A stretch of DNA of 32,487 nt. It comes from Basidioascus undulatus. Lineage: Eukaryota. Below are positions 1 through 10,607 of the stretch, piece after piece. The DNA is taken from NCBI GenBank assembly GCA_000826855.1, contig JTLS01000091.1:1-32487 (forward strand), given 5' to 3'. Below the pieces are notes generated by a model, which saw nothing but the letters and a program-made list of their open reading frames with translations, was not told the DNA's origin and did not search any database. Both the position numbers and the translations under genes were made by a program. How positions within the stretch are numbered: position 1 is the stretch's first letter; every line of letters begins with the position of its first letter.

Positions 1-586
1 TCTTGGGTTAGTACTCGCGGTGCAGGATGCGCACTATTGTGCGCCCTTACTTTGGAGGGGACGGGATGAAGGGGATGGGGAGGTGGGGATAGAGGAGGGA
101 TAGACGGACCGGTGGACGTGCTTGATCCGGATGCGGAGGAGCGGGTCGGGCCACCAGTTGTTGCAGGGCAGGCTGCAAGAAAGTTGCGGGGATTAGTATC
201 CGTGACAGAGGAGGAGAAAACTAGCGAGTCTAAAGAGAGGAGAAAAAAGAAAAGCAAGTGAAATGATGGTGAGACAGACGCACGAGAGCCCGTTGTGGAT
301 GACGAGCATCCCGAAGACGGAGAGCAGGATGCCAAAGCCGAGCGCTCGCATGCCGTTGTACCTATCCGACCACATGCATTTTCAGCTCCATTCCAATTAT
401 TTTCCTCTCGATTTCCGAATACGAACGTGTCTGTAGGCCAGATGACCTGTTCCACCATCGAGTATCCGACAGTCAGCTCAATGAAGGCAGTAGGAAGTGA
501 GCTAGACGAACCCCATCATTGTCCCTATCAAAGAATGAGGCGTGTCCCTGCAGCTCTGTGAGAGGAGGAAGGACTTGGTCCTCCAT
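1..586 (-). CDS. Caleosin / peroxygenase (EF-hand, proline-knot lipid-droplet protein); spliced, 3' end runs off the window start
   Basis: Four exons joined at GT-AG introns give MEDQVLPPLTELQGHASFFDRDNDG|VIWPTDT|YNGMRALGFGILLSVFGMLVIHNGLS|LPCNNWWPDPLLRIRIKHVHR. This has the caleosin LQxHxxFFDxDxDGxIWPxDT EF-hand, a hydrophobic segment and the PDP proline knot. A TACTAAC branch point near position 10 shows the gene continues leftwards. The ATG at 586 is the likely but unproven start. Confidence 0.9.
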
Positions 587-1005
587 CGCTGGGGCGGGGT
601 GTTGCGGGAGGTCGGGAGGAGGCCTGGAGAAGACGCACCGGTGGGAAATGGTGCACTGTTAGTGCTGCTGGCTCTAAGACGACTCGCCACTTGCTTCATC
701 TTCCGAATAAGCACTGCCTACATTCTGGGAATGTTTTCTAGTCTCTAATGCCTTGAAGACGGTCGGACGAAGCGAGAGGAAGAGAGGAGCGATTCTTGCT
801 TGACTGTTCCGAGCGGGAGCGATAAGCCTGACGCGCACATCGCGTTGCGTCATCGTCTCCAAACTCCTTCCTTTGCTGTTTTGCACGTGCAAACGCGATC
901 GCGTTCAGGCTCCACTCCACGTTCACATTCACCCTTCATCCTTCATCCAAATCTAAATACACCTTTGCCTTCTTGAAAAAGTGTCTATACCCTCAACTAC
1001 GAAGA

Positions 1006-1974
1006 ATGCAGGACCCCCAGCGCGAGCTCCCCGACGTCGTCAAGGCGCTGACGACCGCGCCCTCGCCCGACAAGCAGCTCGAGGCGATTCGGACGTGCGT
1101 CTCTCCCTCCTCCCCTCGCATACACTACCACTCTCTCCTTCCCGGCAAGCTCATCTGGGGAACTCTGGGATAGGTACTTTTCAGACGACGCGGGCATGAA
1201 CCACCCTCTGTGCCGCGTCAAGTCTAGCCGCGGGAGCAGGGACGACAGCATTTTGGGGATCTACCAGTGCGTCTTGCTCTGCTTCGTGTTGTGGGAAAGG
1301 CGCTCAAAGAGGGGGGGGGAAACAGATGGTACAGGATAATGAGCCCCGAGTTGCCGCTCGAGGTGGTCCAGCACGTGTGGAACAAGGAGACAAACACGGC
1401 GTTCGTCGAAGTCGTGTGCGTCCATCCCCTCCATCTTCTCTCCTCCCCTCCCCGCCCCTCCCATCCCATCCCACATAATCCCACCAACACCCGCAATAGA
1501 CAAACATTCCACATCTTCCTTTCCCCCCTCAAGCCTCATCAAACCCGGTCAGTCCCTCCCCCTTGCCCTTGCTCTTGCCCTTGCCCCTGCCTTCCCACCC
1601 CTCCCCTTCTTCCCTCCCTTCTTCCCTCCCTTCTTCCCTCCCTTCTTCCCTCCCTAACTCACTCTCCCCCACACGCAGCTTGGTCGTCAAAGTCCAACTT
1701 CGCCGCGACCCCGATGGCCTGTACCGGATCATGCAGCAGGACGACTTCTACCAGCCTGAAGTGTGTCCTCCTCCCCTGCTGCTTGGTCCGGCCGCCGGCT
1801 GATTGTGAGGGTGTTGATGTGATGTGGTAGGACGTCGCCTACCTCGTCGTCCCGCCTCTCGCGAAGCTCATCCTCGCCGCCAAGCACGCTGGCACGCTTG
1901 CGAGCAATGTGAATGCGTGGGCCTTCCAGACGCTGCTGGGGTGGTGGAGGCCGAGGGCCGGTAAGGGGGAGTAG
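1006..1974 (+). CDS. Conserved fungal NTF2/SnoaL-like fold protein (6 exons)
   Basis: Splicing gives an uninterrupted frame: MQDPQRELPDVVKALTTAPSPDKQLEAIRT|YFSDDAGMNHPLCRV...ILGIYQ|WYRIMSP...AFVEVV|QTFHIFLSPLKPHQTR|LVVKVQLRRDPDGLYRIMQQDDFYQPE|DVAYLV...WWRPRAGKGE*. The YFxxDAxxxHP, IYQWYRIxSP and YxIxxQxDxY motifs match a conserved fungal NTF2-like family recalled from memory. All five introns are GT-AG and in phase. Confidence 0.75.
1561..1655. repeat. Intronic pyrimidine-rich micro/minisatellite
   Basis: Imperfect (CCTTGC)n at about 1561-1590, followed by four copies of CTTCTTCCCTCC at 1606-1653, inside an intron of the NTF2-like gene. Confidence 0.85.
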
Positions 1975-3377
1975 TGAAGAGGTGTTGCGAGCCTGAGGAG
2001 AGAGCGGGTTAGGTGTGGGAGGGGTGGGCGTTGCGAATATACACGAGTGCGGTAAGATGATACTTATACATGACATCCGAAATGCTTGTTTGCTTGAGCA
2101 CATATGAGAGGTGAAACGAACAGGTCGTTTGTCAGAGTATATCCTTTTATGAGTATCCTTGTGCTGTACGGGCAGATCTTGCGTGAAATTATAGCCTTCT
2201 GTAAGTACCCTTACGAAGGCATGAACCACTCTCTCTCTCTGCCATGGCAGGACCGCAAGGGGCCTTCGACCACTTGGACACAACACCATTGTATGCAGCC
2301 CAGACTCAGGAAGGCAGCTTGATGACTGATGCCGGTGCGCCTCGTCGGATATGGAGGTGATCGGATACCCCATCCTTCGCTCTGCGAAGAAGACTGGTCT
2401 GTGTTCCAAACTTTTGCGTACATGTTCGAAGCGGTTTCCCACCAGCACACCTGTATTTCGAACGAAAGAATAAGATAGCCGCGAAATGCTGTCACTGATC
2501 CTCCGATCCCATTTGAGCGCCGCCTCATCCATCTCCGGACTTCCCCTCTTGCCAGAGGAGCTCACGACCTCCTTCCCGCGCTTCCGCTTGCCCTTCGACG
2601 ACTCACTACCCTCCAATCCCCTGTCCTTCTTCGCAGCCTTGGCCTTCCCAAGTCCCCCCACCAAAGAGACAGCCTTCTTGCCCGGCTTCACTGCTCGTTT
2701 CTTGGAACTGGGCGATGGTCTGCTTCAGCTCCAAGCGCCACCGCTCGAGCTCCTCGACGACGACCGTGAGCTGCGCCTTGGTCGGGTCGGCTCCGACGCT
2801 GCTTCGCCTCGTCCTCTCGAGGCCTCCATCCGTCGTACCGCTGGCCCGCCCGCCAGGCCGATCGCGTACTCCGCTCATACCTCCGTGACGGTCGCGAGAG
2901 TGGTTGAGAGCTTGTAGATCGAGGGGAGTGAGTTTGCGGTAGAAGGAAGGGGAGGCGTGACCGGCTGCGCAGTGCAATCTATTGTTACTGAACGGTCGGT
3001 GGGAGTGATAACGCGATGTACACACCTTGTTTTCAGTGCGGTAGAGCTGTTTCAGACCTTCGGTCGCAGAGAGTCATGAGCCACATCGGCGGACCTGTGG
3101 AGCGGAAGTTAACCGCTGCTGCAACCCGCGCCGCTCAAGACGATGGTGCTCGGTGATGTGTGCATCGAGCTGAGCGCGACGCGAATCCGAATGCGGTGCT
3201 CGAGAGCGTAAGGGTGCTTGGCTTGTCGGCTGAACGAGGAAGAAACATCAAAGATGAGCAAAGCGAGGAGAGGCATGTCAGTGTCAGCTTGCAGGGTTGC
3301 GCAGGGCTGTCATTTCAGGCTGACAGGCACAACGCACCAGCTCGCGCAGCTTTTCCGGCCTTCGACCCGCGAACTCT

Positions 3378-5330
3378 TCAGAAATTCTTGAGTTCTTCGA
3401 GATACTCTTGCCTTTGCGCGGCAGCCGCTCCACGCTTGCGAGCGTACGAGTTGCGAGGCCGCCTGCGACCGATCGTGCGCAGGAAGTTGTCGACCTAGGC
3501 ACAGAGGAGTGAGCGGACGCTTTCCCTTTCGATCTGTATGCACTTCCACATACCTGTGTCCGCGACCGGACAATTCCAGCTTCTACACCAAGCTCCTCGG
3601 AAAACGCTTCTGCATCACGCTTAACCTTGACGTGCCACTCTTGCGTCGGCTGCCGAGGACCGTGGTTGTGCTTGCAGCGGAGGAGGATGAGGAACTGGAG
3701 CTTGATGTAGAAGTCGAGTTCATAGAGAGTGAGATGAAGTTGAGGATGGTGCTGTGGGCGACCGTTATCTGGCCCGCAGAGGAGAGCACGAGATCGCCGA
3801 AGCCGTAGCTGACGACGAAGGGTTAACGGTTGACTCCTTCGAATAGTTCAAGCAGCGCTTACCCGCAGATGCAGATCGTCCCACAAACGAGAATCCAGTC
3901 AGGCGTCGGTGTCTCGCGCCAGGTGATGACGACCGTGATGAGCACGAGAAGACGGTTGAGCAATGACTTGTTGACCTCTCGCGGCCGCTCCATGAAGGCG
4001 CGGATATCTGGATGATCCGGCAGATGAAGTAGACCTCGCTGGAATAGGCTGTTGATCTAAAAGCCCGTCAAAGTGTAAGCATACAAGCGGTTCCATAACC
4101 CGTTGCTATACAATGGTAACCTTGGAGGAGCTGGTCCGGATAATTGCGGAACGGACGAGCAGAAGATAACGAACGAAGTATAGGATGGCGAAGAGGATCA
4201 AGACGTGTCTAAACATCCAGTGTAAGCGATATCACAGAGGGACTCCTGCGACGAGAACAACGAATGAAGCACAAACACCAGAAATCAACGAATGCGAAGA
4301 AGTAGTGCGATATACGGTTGACGCCGTCTGTCGGCCGGTCAAGCTCCGCAGGATAGCCGGCTGCACGACAGAAGCTTGCCCGCTCAGCACTGAAAGAGCG
4401 ATACGAAAGGAGTCAACGATTGGGCTTCATCAAACTCAGAGGAGAGATACGTACCGAGGCCCAGTCCCGGCTGCAGGCCCAAAGAACGTTGCCTCGCCGA
4501 GAAGATCCGGCAGCGGCATGTATTTCATCACAACAACGGACTCCGCCCCGCCATGCTCGTCCAGCTCGAACGCGGAGCCGTTCTGGATCACATCGGTGAG
4601 GCACGTGTCGGACGCGATCTTGCCGGCGTCCGGCAATTCTGCGAGGTTGTTGCGCTGCGTCTCGAAGTACGTCTTGGTATCGGAGCGAACTTCGGCGAGC
4701 TTGGGGGAGACGTGGCCCTCGTCTGAATGGATTGTTTTAGTTTGAACTGCGAGAAGCGCGGAGATGCACAAGGCTCTAACCGGATGGACCGTGATGCGAG
4801 GGGAGAATATCGCCGACAAAGGTATGGACCAGTGGAAGTTTCAGCCCCAGGAAGTTTCAGCCCCAATATTACTTGAAAGGACGAGTATACACAGGGCTGT
4901 ACGGACCCGTTCGCGGGCCTCGATTTGCTCGGGAAGAAGAACGAGCTCCCCGATCTCGATATCGCCGGTGCCGAGTTCATCGAATGGGGATCCGTTAACA
5001 GTCACGAGGATGTAATTGAGAATGGATGTGATGCATACCAGATGAGCCGATGAGCATATGCTCCATGCGACAGATCTCAGGTTGTTGCAGCAAGACGCTC
5101 CGAGAGTCGTCTTCGTCAGCGGGCAGGTCGACAGTTTGCCCTATAACCCCCAATTCAGCGGGCTCATCGACCATATAAGCCTAAACGATGTACCTACTCA
5201 TGGCAAACCACTCGTATACCTTCCACTCGTCCGCGCGTGTGCACGACTGGAAGTGCGAGACGCGCCGGGACGAGCCTTCGATCAAGAGCTCCTCGGCGGA
5301 CATCTCGTCTTTGACGCCGAAAACTGTAAA
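3378..5330 (-). pseudogene. Multi-exon hypothetical protein gene, apparently disrupted
   Basis: Protein-like exons are bounded by GT/AG: ...SDTCLTDVIQNG...VVVMKYMPLPDLLGEATFFGPAAGTGPR|AERASFCRAAGYPAELDRPTDGVN; INSLFQRGLLHLPDHPDIRAF; LHLTLYELDFYIKLQFLILLRCKH...RSRTQ|VDNFLRTIG...EYLEELKNF* (stop at 3378-3380). The exon at about 3862-4056 cannot be joined in one frame without a frameshift or the TGA at 3899. The 5' boundary is uncertain. Confidence 0.4.
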
Positions 5331-6977
5331 GTCTTCAAGAAACGTTGTTCAGGACTAGATGCTGGTCAATCAGAGGCATCACAGTGTGAGAAGAGCCCTA
5401 AATCGCAAGAAGCAGACTGCGTACAAATGGGCCACCCCGTCGTAGCCGATTGAGAGGAGCTTCTCTGGACTATTCTCTGCCACCCTAGAGAAAGTTCCTA
5501 ACAAGGCGATGGAGCGCGGCTTGCGGTGAAAGCAGCCGAGTAGCTCGAGGCGACTGAAGATGGCCGGACGTAGTCGCGGACATAGAACCGACAGTTACGC
5601 TGCAGTACCACCGATTAATCGGACTTCCAGGGTTAGGGTAGACTGCCTACTTACAAAAGGAGCATCGGACTCGGAACCTGCATTGCTTTGGGGCAGAGTG
5701 AGAGGGTAGTCGGCTGTGTTCCAACCGAGCGGATCCCAACAGCGAGCGGCGAGGGCGTCGAGTGTGGGTTGGTAAGTTATGGGGAGAGAATTCTAGGGCT
5801 CCACGCGAGCGAGTTTCCGCTCAGCGTTGATGACTGCGAGCACGACTTCGTCTGACGATGCTCCCGGTGCGAGGGAAGACAGGACGTCCTGACGACGGAC
5901 ACGAGCTCTTTGCTCCTCCCGGTACCCCTCTAAGATCGCCTCATTCTCAGGCCCGAAGTTGAGGGAGGGAGCCCCAGAGGATCTCGCTCGTGCCGCTTCT
6001 TGGTCGCCTCGCGGCGAGCCTCTGCGTGAGGCTCCTCGGAGAAAGTGTGCTCTGGCGGCGCCGTCTGCGCGTTAGGAGAAGGGAACGAGTGCCAAAGTCG
6101 ATCGGGGAAGTCAGCCCCCATCCTGGTACTATGGGGAGGGGTGCACCGTGGTAAGAGCAAGAGTGAGCGGGAAAGGGAACGGGCTCGGGGATCGCAGCGT
6201 CAGGCTCATCAGGAACGGGCGGAAGACTACACCGCGTGCACTGCCGTGTGCTCTGCATAGGTTCACACCGCTTCCCCTCTCACCTGAAATGTAATAAAGC
6301 TTTGCTCGAAAGATCCTAGTGCATTCCCAGTCCATTCGCATACTTGTGCAGACTCTTCCACTCTTGTTCGTCGTCCACTGTGCTGCCCATCTTGCTACTC
6401 CGCGGCACAAACCAGCTCTCTCAATCTTGAATGAACTCTACCGTTTCTGCCCGTTTATTGTACCAGTCGCTTTCTCCCCCTTCGGGAGCACGTTCAACGC
6501 GTTCTCGGCGCACCTCCAGCCCATCGATCGATGTGGTTCTTCCTTACATTTTGTGCATTTATCCGAGAGGGTCAACTTTGGAGAGATAGTCTGAATGCCG
6601 GGAGGAGAACAACAAGAGTGATTGTCATATGTGACCGAATCTGTTAAAAAATGTGCCTTTGCGATCGTCTAGCTTGCGTGCCGTTCGGCGGCGGGCTGGT
6701 TATGTCCTGGCCAGGATGCCGTCTCATGGCAAACTGCTGTACAATACTTGCACCTTGTCAGGTGAATTTGCACTTCATTCTATTTTAAGGGCTAGTTCCA
6801 AATGCTTTTGTAGGCTATAGGTCGCTCTTGGGTAGTTGCAAGCGCGGCCCAAGCGTCTGAACGTGACACGGCGGGCACCTCCGCCTCATTCCTACATTTG
6901 CTGCCAAGTCTCTGACGTCTGACTAACCTTCTTTGATCCTAGGGATAAAAAGTATAACGAAACATTGAGCACACCAA

Positions 6978-7086
6978 GGCGTTGTGGCCGAGTGGTCCAA
7001 GGCGTTGGACTTGAACGTAGTGGTAATATCACTACAAAGAGATCCAATGGGCTATGCCCGCGCAGGTTCAAACCCTGCCGACGTCG
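6978..7086 (+). tRNA. tRNA-Ser(UGA) with a 26-nt intron after position 37
   Basis: Acceptor stem GGCGTTG/CGACGTC with discriminator G; A box TGGCCGAGTGG; anticodon arm TTGGA-CT-TGA-A-[intron CGTAGTGGTAATATCACTACAAAGAG]-A-TCCAA; long variable arm GGGC-TAT-GCCC; T arm GCAGG-TTCAAAC-CCTGC. Confidence 0.93.
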
Positions 7087-7089
7087 CAC

Positions 7090-7095
7090 TTTTTT
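7090..7095 (+). terminator. RNA polymerase III T-run terminator of tRNA-Ser
   Basis: TTTTTT lies 3 nt downstream of the tRNA 3' end. Confidence 0.8.
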
Positions 7096-7481
7096 GCATG
7101 TCAGGCATAGGGGCCTGCGAGGGCCTGGACGGTCCTATATCGTGGTTTGAAATACCTAAAGTATATAAACAACTGTAGTTCAGAAGTGGCCGAAACCGAC
7201 AGCGCCGCTCCCTTCAATATCTATGTGCGAAACCCCACCTCTTCCGCTGATCCTTCCCTTGATGTATCCGACAGCGGTATATCTGCATTTCGCCGTCAAT
7301 CTCAATGTGAATGTGCTCCAGTACCAGTGCCGGTCTTAACTGCGGAGCCAACGGTGTCGCTAAAGGTCGGCTGTGACATGAGCTGCAAGAACGTAGTATA
7401 GTAGCAGTAGAGTGAACTCCAAACTCACCGGTATTGGTTCGACTCCAATCGTTTCTTGGCTGGGTATCACGGTGGCCTGCG

Positions 7482-7587
7482 GAGGCTGGGGCCGAGTGTG
7501 TTAAGGAGTTAGCCTTGTTATCCTTGAATACAATTCAAGGTTATCTGATGGGCTCTGCCCACGTAGGTTCGAACCCTGCTCATGTCG
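7482..7587 (+). pseudogene. tRNA-Ser(UGA) pseudogene
   Basis: Retains a GGCCGAGTG..TTAAGG D-arm remnant, variable arm GGGC-TCT-GCCC, B box GGTTCGAACC and discriminator G. The acceptor stem is poorly paired. The anticodon arm carries an imperfect 9-bp tandem duplication (GTTAGCCTT/GTTATCCTT, 7508-7525) before TGA at 7525-7527, then a short intron-like segment. Confidence 0.75.
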
Positions 7588-7623
7588 GACATTTTGCTCC
7601 CTCCCTCTATCAGAGGAGCAGCA

Positions 7624-8457
7624 ATGCCCGGTCATGGGCGTCATTCAGATTCCCGTAACTGGTGAAAAGACAGAAACCTTTCAAACCGGGTCATGGGCCT
7701 ATCAGAGAAGTAGAGATGCCGGTTCGGCGAGCGGGCAGTGCACGTCCACGAAGCCGTTCACACGGTGCCGAGGATGCAGCGTAACAGGTGTGATTGCATC
7801 CAAATGGGAATAATCTGGTCAAGTGAGAATAAAACAGTTGAGAATATAACAGTTACAGAGGTCATGCTTGGCTATACACCCCTAAACCTGCATTCGCCCC
7901 ACGCTGCGATGCTTGAAAACAGGTCCTTCCTCTCCCACCTCGTTTTCTGTGAATACATCTTGCGATGGGGGTACTGCGTTCGAGTTCCCTTAAGAGACCT
8001 GTACCTAGCAAGGCCAGTTATACTTTTTGAATTCGACTGTAAAACCTCAGCTGTTCCGACACCCAGTGTAACGCTGAAGGCTGGAAAATCAACGTGAGCG
8101 CCGGAGGATGAGCTGCATCCTTTGATCCGTTATTGGCCTGGAGAAAACCCGGAAAAACTCTGCTCTTCCTGAAGACTAGATTTGGAGCTCCATTGCAGCC
8201 GAATGAACTCCGAGTCCATCGGCATACGCAGTGGACGCACGCAACGGTGAGGCGGTCACCGCCACTGAGGCCGAGGACGAAGAGGAAAGTAGGCAGGACA
8301 GACAGGTTCTAGGTCATTAAACAACAATGATCTCCTACCTCTGCATGTTGCTGAGCTGCGCCTCCTTCAGTGCTTACCCTCCTCCTGATGCGAAGCGGCC
8401 CACGCCTGCATGAAGTCACCATTTCATTCGCTTTCTTCTCATTCTCTGATCTCAAAG
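7624..8457 (+). repeat. Diverged dispersed repeat, copy 1 (~0.8 kb)
   Basis: Collinear with the reverse complement of 17289-18084. Shared anchors in order: ATGCCCRGTCATGGGCGT, AGTAGAGATGYCGGTTCG, GTGCACGTCMACGAAGC, AACAGTTACAGAGGTC, CCACGCTGCGATG, TTCGACTGT, CTGCATCCTTT, GGTCACCGCCA, AAGTCACCATTTCATKCGCTTTCTTCTC. Confidence 0.85.
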
Positions 8458-9058
8458 TATGCGTATCAAATTCCCCAAGCATAATCGACCTCTCGCAATA
8501 GAGCCCACCAAGAACCCGAACGAGCCCCAGAAGTCCGTGAGGCGGCCCTGGGGCTGCTGCTGCTGCTAGCCGGCACACCCTCCAAGTCAGCCTGGAGCCC
8601 AGCTGTGATAGGGTTCCTGAATACGCTGGGGGACGCACCTCTTGTCCTTGGGTGGGGTTTTCGGGAGCGCTCGAGGGCGAGTCGGAGGGTGGCGGGGGGT
8701 TGGAGGCAGGCCTGGGGGTACAATGGAATGAGCAGCTGCTGATTGATGATGTCTTGCGTGCGGAGCTCATATTGTATTTAGGGAGTGAGTCTTTGCCTGA
8801 ATTACTTGCTCGTGGGGCAGCACAGCATGCGGTTACCCGAATGCACATGCAGACTCCTGGAGACTCTGAACGCCGCGACGCCCGAGCTGCCATCGCCGGG
8901 CGTTCCCAATCTCGAGGCCCAATAACATTCCATTCCAAAACATTTTACACTTGGGGACCCTTTTATTCGGAAAGAACAGCGTAGAAAAAGATTTGACGTG
9001 AAGCCCGGCCGGTAATCGCTCGCTCGTTAGTGTCAAATCCTGATGACGGCGGCTGCAG

Positions 9059-9120
9059 CAGTTTCATGCACTGCTCCGGGCGCGCCACAGTTTCACGCAC
9101 TGCTCCGGGCGCGCCACAGT
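9059..9120. repeat. 29-bp direct tandem duplication
   Basis: CAGTTTCAYGCACTGCTCCGGGCGCGCCA occurs twice (9059-9087 and 9088-9116) with one mismatch. Confidence 0.9.
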
Positions 9121-9260
9121 CTTCCACACCGTGCACAGAATAACGAGCCACACGCAGCAATCAAGCATTCGAGCCATGCGCATGCAAGGTAGCAAAGTGT
9201 ACAGACCGTCATTGGCAGCATAATCAGTCAGCGTCCCCTTCTTACCTCGCCCGCCGGTAC

Positions 9261-10607
9261 TCAGAAGACTGCACTCCTCCGCGCATCAGTCTCGGCCCTC
9301 CCGATGTCGCGGTGCAAAGGAGAAGACGACGGACCAACGACATCCTCCCCAGCCGCAGCGGCGGCCTCCTGGCTCTCGTCCCACTCCGGCGCCGTGTCCT
9401 CCTCCATCTTGACCTCGCTCTCGTCGCGCTCCTTTTTGGGACTGCCGTTTACGGGGGTGAATTCGCCCCTGCTCCTCCCCACAAACACATCAGTCGGGTG
9501 CGGGGAGAGCTTTGGGGGGGGGGTAGGTTGTGGGAGGAAGAGAGGAGCAACGACTGACCTCTCCTTCCTCCTCTGCCTGTCCCACTCCTCATCCAACTTC
9601 TTCGCCTCCTACCTCAGCCGCTCGCGCTCCTTCTCCTCCCTCCCCTCCCGCAGCGCCTCCTCCGCGACCTTCCTGCGCAGCTCCACAACCTCCTCGAGCA
9701 GCGCCTTGCGCTGCGCGGCCCACCGCTGGCGCTCCGCGTCCGCGGCCTCCTCCACCGCGCGCCGCTGCATAGCCAGCGCGTCCTCCTGCGCGGGAGTCAG
9801 CACCGCGGGGAGGTAGTACACTGATGGGAGGGCCGGCTTGACGAGCGTTTGGTGCGGGGCTAGCGCGGTCGGCGGGAGGGACGGGGACGGGGAGGAGATG
9901 AAGAAGTGCGAAGAGGAGAGGAGGGCGGTGATGCGCGCTTTGTGCTGTCGTCCCGGACCAGGTGTCAGATGTTGTCCCCGGCCTTCACTGGGGTGCGGAG
10001 GGGGAGGAAGGAAGACGACGACGTACCATCGCCTCTCCCACGCCGACCTCCTCCTCCTTCCTGGCCGCGACCGCCTGATCCCGCTTCGTATGGAGCGCCC
10101 GCTCCCGCGCATCGCTGTACCGATTGCTCTCCGCCCTAAGCTTCGTCTGCAGCCTCGCCTCGAGCTTTTCCCTGCGCTGGGCCTGTCCCCACCACCATTA
10201 GCCAGTCTCCCCTCCCCCCCCTCGCCCCTGCTCCTCCAAAGGGACGACGAAGACGCACCGCCTCCGATTTTGCCTTCTGTGCGCTCTCGTCCTTGAACTT
10301 GTTGAGCGTCCCAACGAGCACGCCAAACAGCCGCTGCCCGCGCTTGCGGTCGCCTTCGCGCGTCGCAGGCCGCGCACGCTTCGCCTCGTGCTGCTGCTGC
10401 TCCTCAGGCGCAGCCGCCTCAGGCGCAGACGGCTCGTCTTCCACCTTGATCGGAGATGGCGAGCGCGTGCGCTTGGTTGACCCCGGTGGGGGAGAGGCGT
10501 CGCTGTGTGGTGCGGGGGGTTCAGTAAGCACGGAGGAAGGGTGGGTGACTGGGGGGGCGGATGAGTTACCGAGGGGATAGGGAACATGCGCGGTCGTCGT
10601 CGGACAT
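9261..10607 (-). CDS. Pinin/SDK/memA-domain protein (splicing/EJC-associated); spliced, with an in-frame TAG at 9609-9611
   Basis: Has the pinin signature DRKRGQRLFGVLVGTLNKFK, a coiled coil AQRREKLEARLQTKL, the SVYYLPAVLTPAQE motif and a charged tail. ATG at 10607, final stop at 9261-9263. See the finding on the internal TAG. Confidence 0.82.

Noticed and set aside
1729..2691. 320-aa minus-strand ORF
   Set aside because: It has a non-ATG start and no recognisable domain, and its 3' part is antisense to the NTF2-like gene's last exons.
6978..7086. Possible selenocysteine or opal-suppressor tRNA, prompted by the TGA in the anticodon loop and in-frame TGAs in nearby relics
   Set aside because: Anticodon 5'-UGA-3' reads the UCA serine codon. 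A Sec or suppressor tRNA needs anticodon UCA, and the stems here are of standard Ser type.
7482..7587. Ser-bodied tRNA with a Thr (TGT) anticodon, which would imply codon reassignment
   Set aside because: The TGT arises at the junction of a 9-bp duplication, and the acceptor stem is disrupted. A pseudogene is the simpler explanation.
8480..8990. Short protein-like frames and a GTGAGT donor downstream of repeat copy 1
   Set aside because: No consistent exon chain or recognisable motif could be assembled.
9059..9120. CRISPR-like repeat
   Set aside because: Only two adjacent units with no spacers, no cas genes, and a eukaryotic context.
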